A DNA stretch of 35,453 nt. Origin: Dimargaris cristalligena (lineage: Eukaryota). Position numbers and translations under genes: made by a program. Position 1 is the stretch's first letter. The number at the start of each line of letters is the position of its first letter. The stretch lies in NCBI GenBank assembly GCA_003614675.1, contig ML002380.1, positions 1 to 35,453 on the forward strand, in the 5' to 3' direction. Shown piece after piece: positions 12,982-23,472 of the stretch. The notes under the pieces are model-generated. The model saw only the letters and a list, made by a program, of their open reading frames with translations, ran no database searches and was not told the origin of the DNA.

Positions 12982-13464
12982 CTAATAGTAGGTCACCGTC
13001 TTTGGCCGAAAGAACTCGATATAGATATTGTTTCGCACCACGGAGATGTTGGTCTTCCGCACCATTTCGTCAATCCTTCCGGAAAACAGCAGATTAGTAA
13101 TTCGATTGGCGGCCTTCTCGTCGTTAACGACGTAAATCGTAAAGTCAGAGGCCGACGAACAAATCTTTTCCAGGATGCGTTGGGTGGATTGCCGGTTGTT
13201 ATTGTAGCGGAATTTGACGATTTGGATGGCCGATTTATCGGGTGTTTTGCGGAGCTGGCCGAACACCAGGGACCCCCCGGAGAACAGGAGATCGGCCTTA
13301 TGCAGGCGGTGGTAGGCTTGCACGAGGTTCTGGGCGGCTAGTTCGGCGATGACGATTTCGTACACTACTTCAGATACGTCCGCCAGGGGAATCGGGACGG
13401 GAGGCACCGGTGGATACGCCACGTCGGGCCCTCCCGGGGCTGCGTAGGGATACGGGGTATTCAT
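12982..13464 (-). CDS. Orphan protein, 160 aa (Pro-rich N-terminus followed by a probable globular domain)
   Basis: Open frame from the ATG at 13464 with protein-like composition and GC-richer than its flanks. Minus-strand TATAAATA at 13655-13662. No family recognised. Confidence 0.6.
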   Translation of the reverse strand: MNTPYPYAAPGGPDVAYPPVPPVPIPLADVSEVVYEIVIAELAAQNLVQAYHRLHKADLLFSGGSLVFGQLRKTPDKSAIQIVKFRYNNNRQSTQRILEKICSSASDFTIYVVNDEKAANRITNLLFSGRIDEMVRKTNISVVRNNIYIEFFRPKTVTYY

Positions 13465-14869
13465 CGGGATGATAGAGGTGGTCACCGCCGAGTGGGGAAC
13501 AATAGAATGGAGACGGTACGTGTGAATTAGTCCCGCAGCTAGGGTGGTGTGAAGCAATGTAGTTAAACCAAGGAGGGAATCCAGCAGGGTGGGAAGTACG
13601 GGAATAGGGGTGTGATATGTGGTTGGCAACAGAAACAAGCGGGGTGGCTGGGTGTATTTATAGATGCTGCTTGCCCTTGGCTTGATAGACCCTGGGTACC
13701 TCCTGCATGGGTACTAAATGGCCCAAGTATATCAAGATGTAGGCGCGTTCCGAATTACGGTTCCCTTTTTAATTGATTTCCCGTCCCTTGTGTAGCGTCG
13801 GGGGTGGGCAATCTACCACAGCCGCTTACTAAAGAACCGCATGCAACATGGCACTTTCGGTATCGTTGATGGTATCTATTTGGCTCACCTGGCCCAAACA
13901 ACCCAGAGCAAAAAACCAGGCGGTGCCGATGATTTTTACAGCCGTGGTACACTTGGCTGGGAGGTTGCAGGTCAGGTGCAATCAAGCGATGCCACGCCAA
14001 ATGGCCCCGAATCTATTCCCATCCTAATTGCGGAAAGGGTTCGGAAGCCCCCTTGGCTATCTTCCAGGCAAACATCGGAATGGCCAGGGAAGTGAATGTG
14101 ATTGTCAAGATTGGTGTAGTCGTGTGTCTATACCGGCCCAGCAGGCATCACAACCTCTTGTTTGCACAGCCGCCTAGCCCACCAAAACCCCGCGCCAGTT
14201 CATTGGGGAAAATGTTGGCGCCAGTGGACCAAGGCCATGTTGGACAATTTCCCCTTTCGTTAAAGCCCCTTTAGTAATGGAACCGGCGAAGGGGCGTCAC
14301 AATGGCCCAACCTGACCTGGCTGTGTAGGGCACCGGGCAAGGGCCTACTGCAGCGGAAAATATGTTCCCAGGAAGACTAAAGCAGGGAAGGTGCCCAACC
14401 CCTCCTCTCCTTACATGCGTATCTAGCCTAAAAATACCTACCGGTCAGTCCAGAACAGGGTGCATTCTAGGCATGGTTTGTATCCACGCATGCACTTGTT
14501 TAATGGCATTGCGCCGAATGAGGGGAGCCGATAATTGGACATGGCAAATCCTTGGTAGGAGGCGCGGCTCTTATGATGTAATCCCTCCTCCCACTTTAGG
14601 ACCAGGCTATTTAATTATTTTAAGGACTCGGTCGACTACTACGAGGGCATTCCAAAGATATATAAATGTACAATAATCCGGGCTGGAACAAACGGTCAAG
14701 ATTTTATATACTTTTTGTTATTACATTGGCGGGGGTTCGAAGTTATAAGGCTCGGTATAGACTCGGGTACTATGGTTGGATAATAAATAGACCCGAGTTG
14801 GTCTTTAAGGGGATGGGCCTGGATAAAGGCTCCAGCCCGGGTAGTCGACGGACTAGAAAGGAATGTGGC

Positions 14870-14913
14870 TTGGAATGGAATGGTGTGGGGTGGAGTGGAG
14901 TGGAGTGGAGTGG
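14870..14913. repeat. Degenerate (TGGAR)n pentanucleotide repeat downstream of RPB9
   Basis: tggaatggaatggtgtggggtggagtggagtggagtggagtgga seen directly. Confidence 0.8.
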
Positions 14914-15016
14914 ATCACCCCATTAACGACCACGCTCTGGCATAAGCAGTATACCCCCCCCCCTCCTTATCCACCTAACTCCTACTTAAGCCCAGGTGAA
15001 TATTACACGTTCCGCC

Positions 15017-15370
15017 TCAAGCCGACGTCCACCGATGGGAGCAGTTCTTATTACAGCACACGTAAAACAGGGTCATTCGGGAATCAGCCGAACGCGACTG
15101 GGTCTGGAAAAACACCGCTTCGTTGTGACCGCATTTCGGGCAGGGAATGCTGTTGGTGCGGGGTAGGGTGGGGTCGGAACTCAGGTCGGTAATGACCATG
15201 GTCTGTTCACTAGGGGCGTGTTTGATTTCATGGCGGTAGACGCAGTTGCTCTTGGCGACTTCGCTGTGCCGACAGTTACGGCAGGCGAACATGAGCACCC
15301 GGGACGCACGATCGTCCTTGGGATATAGTAGGTTGTTACACTCGGAGCAATACCGGAACGCGGCGGACAT
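15017..15370 (-). CDS. RPB9: RNA polymerase II subunit Rpb9, 117 aa, intronless
   Basis: FRYCSECNNLLYP..D, L.FACRNC, DPTLPRT, CPKCGHNEAVFFQ and MTLFYVC, i.e. two zinc ribbons. The true start is the ATG at 15370, not the ORF-track start. Confidence 0.97.
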   Translation of the reverse strand: MSAAFRYCSECNNLLYPKDDRASRVLMFACRNCRHSEVAKSNCVYRHEIKHAPSEQTMVITDLSSDPTLPRTNSIPCPKCGHNEAVFFQTQSRSADSRMTLFYVCCNKNCSHRWTSA

Positions 15371-15828
15371 GGCGGGCGAAAGAGGTGAGAAGGAAGGGTC
15401 TATAGTAACGCTAGGAATGGGCCAGTATACAATCGAAAGAGAAGGTAGGTAAAAGGTATTGGAAGAGAATTCAAATACTACAGATGGTAAAATAGCGTAA
15501 CCATGTGCGGGGAGGATAGTGTCAATTGGGCCTTCAAGTGGGCGATGGTCTTTTTTTGAGTGTCGTCTATTTGGCTGGAAGCTTTCTAATACTGCCCTTT
15601 CAGTCCCTAATGCACCTCCCGGCTCCTTACCGTATATTCTAAATAAAGCCGATACACCACCACATTGCCCAAAACTATCCGCTCCACCCTTCCCCAATCC
15701 TCAATGCTAGACTAACCAGGTAGATATACCTAATATAATCAATTTCCTCTGCTTGAAATTGGCATTGCCATATAGGATCAGCTAAATACCATACAATTAT
15801 TAAATAGGCAGTCTAAATGTAACTCAAG

Positions 15829-15853
15829 TATATATATATATATATATATATAT
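15829..15853. repeat. (TA)n microsatellite in the RPB9/CGR1 divergent intergenic region
   Basis: Run of tatata seen directly. Confidence 0.9.
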
Positions 15854-16369
15854 TATCAAAGGTTTAAGACTCTGTTGGTATAATAAAGAATTTACATTTT
15901 ATATTAGAGGAATAATATTATTATCATACGGCGTCATTTGAGATTCGACAGCAATATAAGGGTTGAAGGCGCCGGTTTGCTCGGGTGTCGTAAATAAATA
16001 AACGAATGACAAGTTGGTTTTAGTCAGCTTCCATTGAATACTACTTAATCCTCACTGCTTAATTTTTTTCCATTAGCCATAAAGGCTGAGGGAATCAACG
16101 CACGAGTTCGTCCGTTGGCCCAGATCTCCTTCCTAGCTTTGGTGGTCAGCTTTTTTTCTTCGTGTTTTTTTATATAGCCTGGCCCACTTTTTTCCTCCCT
16201 AGGGCCTACCTACTCCCGTGCATGCCTTTAGATTCCTTCTACTCTTCAGTTGAATTGGCCATTCTACTTAACCTGTAAGTAGTCTTTTCTTTTGCGCTTA
16301 CTTTTTTATAGCGCATTTCCACTTCGGACCCACTTGCGTTTGCTTTGCATCCGCCCTCCCTTCCTCTTC

Positions 16370-16750
16370 ATGTCCGCCGACTCCCAACCCGAGGGCCCGG
16401 CCGGTGCCGCCGACGCTCCGCCGACCCAAGGCAAACGGGTGTCCGGTAAATTCTGGAAGACCAACCGTACCGCCGCCACCCGACGCACCCAAATGTCGAG
16501 CGGTCTGCGCACCGCCTGGGAAACGCGCCAGCAGGCCCGGCTTGAACAAACCGCGCTCAAACAACGGCTCCGGGAAATGAAGGACGAGACCGCCCAGGCT
16601 AAGGAACGCGCCCGCGAGATCACCAAGGCCCGGAAACAAGCCGCCGCGGAAAAGGAACGCCTGGCTAAGTTGCAGGCCGTGCTGTCGACTAAGCAATTGG
16701 AACGGCGTAAGCGGAAAGAGCTTCGGGCCAAGGCGCGCCTTAAGCACTAA
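16370..16750 (+). CDS. CGR1: Cgr1-family rRNA-processing coiled-coil protein, 126 aa
   Basis: GKRVSGKFWK motif, W..R...R, K..LREMK, basic coiled coil, and C-terminal K.LERRKRKE. The ATG follows a pyrimidine-rich leader. Confidence 0.88.
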   Translation: MSADSQPEGPAGAADAPPTQGKRVSGKFWKTNRTAATRRTQMSSGLRTAWETRQQARLEQTALKQRLREMKDETAQAKERAREITKARKQAAAEKERLAKLQAVLSTKQLERRKRKELRAKARLKH

Positions 16751-16809
16751 CAAATTTCACATTACCATTGTTTGCGGTTTTTACTTTGGTCTTGCCAAGT
16801 CCACCTGTA

Positions 16810-16839
16810 CTCTCTCTCTCTCTCTCTCTCCTCTCTCTC
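16810..16839. repeat. (CT)n microsatellite downstream of CGR1
   Basis: Run of ctctct seen directly. Confidence 0.9.
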
Positions 16840-17394
16840 CACGCCTCCTTGTCGTATACCACGCCACCACCCTATTACGATAGCTTACTCACGCATTTCT
16901 ATAGCTGGCGTTATGCAGTTGGTTTTGATTTCAATCTATAAAATATAATAATGGGCTTTAACATCGAGGTATTATACTATTCAGCAGCCCAAATGCATAC
17001 TCTTACTTCAAGATCGAAAATTGACGGTTGGCTTGATATTGTGTAGGCGACTAATACAGCCCTAAGCGATAAACCATTGGTCTATCATAGCTTGCACCTT
17101 TCGTTACCAGCCCCTCATCTACCCCCAAACTGCGATTAAATCGAATACGGAGATACCACCCAACCCTAATTCGCGCATTCATTGCTTAATCTTTTACTGT
17201 ACATAGGGACGTTTATTGGTATTTATATAACAGTGCCGTGTAAGTATTAGGAGGGAATATATATATATAATTGACTGGTCCAATAAACCCAGTCATCTGG
17301 GCCTTTATTTTCGGACTTAATTGCCGAAGTAATTGATGAAATGCGGCAATGAGTGCCCAATCAAACCGTGAATTTACTAGTGGTCCTACATGAC

Positions 17395-18577
17395 TTAGTA
17401 CACACATGGATTATTACCCGGGGTTTGTCCATGAGCTTCGCACTGTCGTTGCAATGCAGCAATGGAGTCTTCAACAGTGCCGAAAACCTTAAGTGTAGGA
17501 AAAATTCGGAACTTGATTGGCATATACATTTGCTCGATCAGGGACTCGCATTGGTGTCCGTCCTTTGTGGTAAAAATCCGCATGATAATCGTAGACTTGG
17601 TTAGATCCCACTCGTAGCCCATTAGCAATCGCTTTTGGTCAGATTTTCTATCCAGTGTGCCAAAAATCTGGCCCAGGCGCCTACGTATTGTTGAATCCTC
17701 GACGTTGGTGGTTTGCCTTTCATTTTTTTCGGAATTTTGGAAGCTTGGCAGTGCCGTGTAGTAACATGAGTGAGATTTTTCAGTACTTTGTGGTATACCC
17801 TTGTATTTAAAAAAGGTCGATAAGGCAAGGCATCTCGACAAGAAATCGGCACGCTCCATGCCTGTCTTTCCTCTAAGAGCGTCGAGTATTTTTTCGGCCT
17901 TGGCAACCTCGCTATCGATTGAAGCCAAGGGAGCGGGGCTTGGGCTATAGTCGGGGTTTAAATTCCCGGCGGTCATTCCCCAAGGTCCTTCTCCTGAGTA
18001 GCCAACTCCCTGTTCCAAGTGGTTCGAATTTAGTGGCACGGCGGCCCCGAAATCCCCGATGCCGCTCCAATCAATAGAATGATCGGCCAAAGGACTGCCG
18101 GAGTCCTTGTCCTCGGCATATTCTGACAAAATATCCCTTCCAGGGAAATAACCATATTGCTTTGTGTAATCGATTAAACCTCTCAGGTTAAGAGGATCCC
18201 ACGGGCCATTTGTGTCCACATCCATGGGGGCATACATTGGGCCAAGGGAACCCGGTGGCTGGTTGGCACCTCGGGCGAAATTCGACGACCTCCGCACCGT
18301 TTGGTAGGTATCACTTGTCAACGCTGGGCTGGCCGAAAAATTGACCGGTATTTGGATAATTGCCATAGGTGTAATCCCCCGGTGTTATAGTTTCACCTCT
18401 CGAGTCGCTCTGGTATGACGGTGGGTTATAGTTGGACGAGGCTTGCGGGTGTTGCCCAGGAAAAGGCACCCCCGGTGTGTATTCCCATTCGTCGATAACT
18501 GGACTGGCGGCCACGAGGTAACGTATCCCGCTGAGACACCCCATTCCGAACAAGACCATGCGTGTATTCGAAGGTAT
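17395..18577 (-). pseudogene. Secreted-type orphan family, paralog A (frameshift near 18316; ancestral start position reads ATA)
   Basis: The 5' ORF part (MVLFGMGCLSGIRYLVAASPVIDEWEYTPGVPFPGQ...GQF) and the 3' ORF 18366-17395 (PGSLGPM...EVAKAEKIL...CLALS...KRLL...GHQC) together align colinearly with paralog B at 23285-22047. Confidence 0.75.
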
Positions 18578-18764
18578 ATTGGTATTCAAAATAAATACCA
18601 AAATTGGTGTTTCACAACTGGGTTGTCGAAAATGCACAAGGGTCAAATGTAATCGCAATTGGGCTGGTGGGTGCCGACGAAATAGTAATTAGGGCTAGAA
18701 AGATGAGTAGAGAGATATCAGGTTAGGCGGGATGTATTATTTAGAGTGAGGCCCGCACTGAGTT

Positions 18765-18772
18765 CTTATATA
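18765..18772 (-). promoter_or_regulatory. TATA box of paralog A
   Basis: TATATAAG on the minus strand, offset 188 nt from the ATA/ATG-equivalent position. The same word and offset occur in paralog B. Confidence 0.6.
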
Positions 18773-18989
18773 GAAAAAACAGTTGTTGTAAATTTATGTG
18801 ATAGTTCATAGCCCAACGAACTATATGGGCGAAACCCAATACACCTGTAGTAGGTTAAGAATGGGGTGTGAAGGGGAAAATAGATTTTGGCCAACAAAAC
18901 CCGTCTTTTATTTTTTCACAGCACAGTTTAACCTATTCTATATGACTATTGGTCACTGTGATACTACCTCCCACACCCTCCTAGTGGTC

Positions 18990-21750
18990 CTTGTTGAAGC
19001 CTAATAGGCTGACAAAAGAGGAAGCCATCACAGAATTGGGGGTATATTCACCAAGAGCATTCACTGCTAGGCTTGGTTACGTGGTGCAAAATGCACACTG
19101 GCTATTTAGCCATTCATTGGCACTTAACCCAGATGATTTATGTACCACCATACGTAGCATCTAAGAGGCCGAGTGATGGAGCACAATGGTATTGGCTAAC
19201 CATTTAGGTAGCCCGCATATTACTGGGTAAAGCTGCACTACAGCCAATATAAAATACTCGCCGGGGTTATTCATGGAGTAGAGAGAAGAGGGGGGAGAGT
19301 GTAGCATAAAAATGCATCATTTTCTACCAAGTACTGCCTAGCTTCATTACAGTACAACATCAGCTAGCAAAGCTACAGCTTCGCTAGTTAGGAACCGGAT
19401 AATACTTAAGGTGGCTTTTGGCTGACTAGGGAGGGGGTGTTTCAAGAAGGTCCTGCTGTTCTAGGAATATAACTAACCATCTCCCTAAAGGTCAGTATTT
19501 CGAATTGTATAATGTTATTCAAGTCGACATGGCTAGTATATTAGCCATCCCATTTCAATGAGGTCAAGGGAAATCAATAGGCTGTGTCAGTTGCAGAAGT
19601 GGTCTTGTAGCCAGGGACTCCAAATGACTTGAACAGATAATATAGGGACAGGAAAACTACGTACACATGCTGTTTGAGGGGGGAGGGGATGGCTTCCCAT
19701 TTAAAGACCACTCATTCAAATGAAGTAGTAGATATTCCATTGTGTCTTTGTATTAGGAAATGTATGTGGCTGTGCCCTACTTTTCCATTAGCCATATTGG
19801 CCAAATGGCCTCTCCACTCCTCTGCTGTTTGGTTTCCAGGTATTTCTGGGAGAATTACTTCGGCATTGGCAAATACACTATCATTATGGATACACCCTTT
19901 GTTATAAGTCAACTCTCTGCTGCTTTTGAGAAATATAGCCAAAGGCCAATATTTATATTGCACCCAACCATTAATTATATGGTATCCTTAACATTGTAGT
20001 GACAGCTTGAAAACTAATGCCAATATCAAGTGTGGTGATTCGTTTGGCTAGGTGCCCTGGTAGTCATACCCAGCTGAACCAGGCCTACTAGTATAGTTAA
20101 TGCCCACATCATAGTTCCATTGAGGATTAATCAGACTGCTAATATATCCCCAATGGTAATGTTGGAGGCTAATCTGGGGTATACAGGGAAATGGTGGTTG
20201 TGTTGATGAAAATGTGAATAGTTATGGTAAGGACACTCCCTGGACTAGGAGATAGTGGGTGCAGCTGGTATGGATGATAGTTAGTGATCAAAAATCCCAT
20301 TGTCCAACTAGTTTTTACATAGCTACTGTATTGCCATGGTGGTCTGTTACATTATAATTAAATGCCAATTTATCCTAATCCCTGCCCCTCATTCTAGAAT
20401 AGGACATAGGTATTATACTAAGTTATGAAGGCAAATTTATTGCAATACTCAATGATAGCCTTCTCATTGAAAATATACCTCTAGTAGTTGATAAAGAGTA
20501 AATTTTCAAGGGATGGTGTATCTGATAAACTATCTCTATTAGATTAAATCAATTGGTAATAACTGGCATACTGGTTAACTACTCTTAGTCTGTTAAGAGT
20601 TCTAGTAGTGGGCTTTCAATATCAGTAATAGTGTAGGCTAGTCTAGGTGGGTACTAGCATCAGGCACCAGGTAAGAGGTACAAGCTAATAAAGGAAATCC
20701 CCAGGGGTATGTAGGGAATATATAACTATTTAGTATAAGAGGGTCAATATATATAGGGTTTATTGGATAAAAAAAGTGTAAGAATAAGCTAAGGTATTAA
20801 TAGGTCCTAATGGGGCCCTGTTATAATGGATGGGGATGGTTCCAGAGGGATATCCTAAGGTTGATATTACTAAAACTAAATGGATAAGTAAATAGGCCAG
20901 CTGGGTGGTTACTAGTATCCAGAAGACTCTGCTGGTAACTTTGTGAGACTTCAGATCATTATGAGAGTGGTAAGTAGGAAAGGTGGGTTCCTGGGCTAGG
21001 AAGGATATATACTATTATATGACACCCTTATATTACCAGGTGTAGCTGTGGAAAAGCTAATATGGTATAATAAGGCCTAATAGGGTTGCAAGCCTAACTA
21101 GGCTAGATTAAGGTTAGTTAGTGGGGGCAATAAGACCCACCTACATTTATTAGTCAGACTAGTGTACTCTTAAATAATTTTCAATATAGGATACCATATT
21201 ATTATCTGGGAGAATGTAATGTCCTCTACTTTATTTATTCACAATAACCTTTTAAATTCCACTGTAACACAATTCTTTGGCAAGTTTTTGGGGCTTACTA
21301 TAAGCCCACTATTCCCCTAACCATAGAGCATAACTGGATCACTTGAGAGATTTGATAAAGACTCTATTATAATTGTAATCAAATGCATGCAGTGACTAGT
21401 CAGTATACTTCGAAAAACTACCCCATATGTTCCCTGTAACTCAACATGCCCACATTGCTAGGGAGTAGCTGCCATATTTTTAGCAGGGCCAATTCCAAAG
21501 TGTGGAGGATGATGCTGTTCACATGACATTGATTAAAATTATTTAGCCATCCCAGCTATTGTCCCAACATATCTGGCTCTTTATATGGCGATTTTCATGG
21601 ACAGATATTAGTATGTCCCAGTTGTAGCTGGCAATGTAGTATCTGCTATCCCTATCATTCGAAACTATCTAAATGCAAAACCTACTGGAAAATTATGGAG
21701 ATAAAGGTTTCAGTAGACCCAGAATATGTAGTGTTGTGTGAATGTACCAG
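18990..21750 (-). mobile_element. Heavily mutated non-LTR (LINE-like) retrotransposon relic
   Basis: Minus-strand fragments in LINE ORF2 order: GDF (20702-20694), DH (~20290), TAEEWRGHLANMANGK (19828-19781, cf. ITxEEWxxxLxxMxNGKAxG), KWDG then ITL (19555-19510), GLPKWLANTIVLH (19214-19176) and GE/IPPIL*W (~19052-19025, cf. QGExxSPLLW). Extreme CpG depletion and many stops; boundaries approximate. Confidence 0.45.
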
Positions 21751-21808
21751 GCCACATATATATGACGCCCTTATATTATTAATTGAATAGTTCTTTAAAT
21801 AACCATAT

Positions 21809-21944
21809 GGGAAAAGTTCATCCAGGCTGTATAACGATAAATCCATTAGATGGGGCCAAAATTACTGGTTAAAATATTTTCTCTCATATATTCTCTCATA
21901 TACGTATTGTGTACAGCTTTATACAGCTGGTTTGAATTTCACCC
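21809..21944 (-). mobile_element. 136-bp MITE, copy 2
   Basis: GGG...CCC termini and flanking direct repeat ATAT (21805-21808 and 21945-21948). About 20 mismatches in 136 nt versus copy 1 by hand count. Confidence 0.85.
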
Positions 21945-22046
21945 ATATTTATATTTATAATTGATAAGTGTGAACCCCCCCACCCACCCACAAAAAGAAA
22001 ACTGGCCCTTCAATCATTTTCTATTTTCACCCGCGGAAATATATTT

Positions 22047-23285
22047 TCAACGAGCCAAAGAAGAGGGTCTCCTAAACTGTTGGCATGCCTGTATCAGTGT
22101 ATCCCTAGCGTCGCCAATGTCCTGAGTAATAGGAACTGAAATTACCAACGAGTACCTGGTTTTATGAGATAATCGCTTTTTCAGCATGCTGCATTGGTGC
22201 CCATGACTATCGGTAAGAAGTTCCATGGTAATTATGTGTGATTTCTCTTTCCAATTGAGAGCTACGAGCAGCCGCCGGGCATAGATGTCCTTGACCAGGC
22301 CATTAAATAGTAAGCCCCGTTGGCGTGTAGTAGTTTGGGGTCGGCGACTATTTTTCGGGGTCATTACAGCTCGCCGGTAGTAACTACCCAAATGATCATA
22401 AAACTAGTTATTTTGAGCCATAGAGGAAGCCGGCCGACTCCTATGGTTGGTAATTAGCGCCGATAAGGCCATGCAGCCGGAATAGACGTCACTGGGACTC
22501 GGGTTGTTTTTGTTCCGAAGAACAAATAGTAGCTTTTCGGCCTCACCGACCTCCGGATTGTCCACAGACAAAGGGCTGGGGCCCCAGTTATTTTCGGGGG
22601 CTGTATTCTTGGCGAACTTTACCGAAGGGATCCCCTCCGAATAAGCACTACCCTACTCCACGGGCCTTCCATTTGAGTTCGTTTCGGTCCCCAAGGCCCC
22701 AGGGTGGTCCAGAACCCAAGGCATGTGTTCCAGGAGATTGTCGGGGTCTATATGCTCGTTGAATTTTGCTAAAGGACTCCCTTCCGAAAAATCATACCCA
22801 AGTTCTAAGAGACCCTGGATTTGGCCCAGGCGAAGGGGATCCGACGGCGGTGGGGGGTGGTATAGGGCCAGTTCTAGTTCGCTTTTCGAGGCGCCTTCGG
22901 AGGCTTGGCCCTGCTGGTTCGGACGATACGCGTCTTCGCCCATGGGACTAAGGGAGCCCGGGGTCCAGTGGGTAACGGGGGCGAAATAAGGCAATCCCCA
23001 CGGGATTGGGTGGTTCTGACTGTCGCCATGATTGCGCTCATCATAAAATTGTCCAAAAGGTCGGTAGCTATCGAAGGGAATGTGCCCTGTCGTTGGAGTT
23101 TCGTCGCTCGGGTCGCTCTGGAGTGACGCTGTGTCTGAGGGGGGCCAATAAGACGAGTATTGGCCAGGAAAGGCCATCCCCGGGGTGTATTCCCTTCCAG
23201 TATCAACGGGACTAGCGGCCCTAATGTGACTCATGGCTCCGAAATAAACTAGGCCAAGTACGGCTGTACGCGTCGTTGACGACAT
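22047..23285 (-). pseudogene. Secreted-type orphan family, paralog B (413-codon frame with two in-frame TAG at 22655-22653 and 22406-22404)
   Basis: Starts MSSTTRTAVLGLVYFGAMSHIRAASPVDTGREYTPGMAFPGQ. Reading through both TAGs gives ...PVE*GSAYSEG...EVGEAEKLL...CMALS...NN*FY...RRLL...HGHQC...QACQQF, homologous to paralog A throughout. Confidence 0.78.
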
Positions 23286-23472
23286 GGTAAAAGGTGGGAT
23301 AGGTACCGAACTATGAAAAATGGTAGCGTTGCCAAATTGATAATGCGTAATTGAAAACGGAAAATACCTTATGTAGACTAACAATTGGAGGATTATAGTA
23401 TGCCAAATAATACAAGGAGGGACTTTAGTAGAGGAGCGGTGATGTTGAGCGTTTGGGAGAGCCGAACTATGT

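Noticed and set aside
7181..13464. Triterpene biosynthetic gene cluster around the cyclase
   Set aside because: No P450, transferase or other tailoring genes nearby, and the residues indicate the primary sterol enzyme.
15371..15697. N-terminal extension of RPB9 suggested by the ORF track (similarly 16292-16369 for CGR1 and 23286-23501 for paralog B)
   Set aside because: These begin at non-ATG codons and translate pyrimidine-rich leader sequence; homology starts at the downstream ATG.
19506..19521. 16-nt match TGTATAATGTTATTCA to the interior of MITE copy 1
   Set aside because: AT-rich, does not extend, and has no termini or TSD; probably chance.
22404..22655. Genome-wide TAG-to-Gln reassignment as the explanation of the in-frame TAGs
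   Set aside because: PSF2 and NOP56 terminate at TAG at plausible C-termini, and no conserved gene here has an internal TAG.
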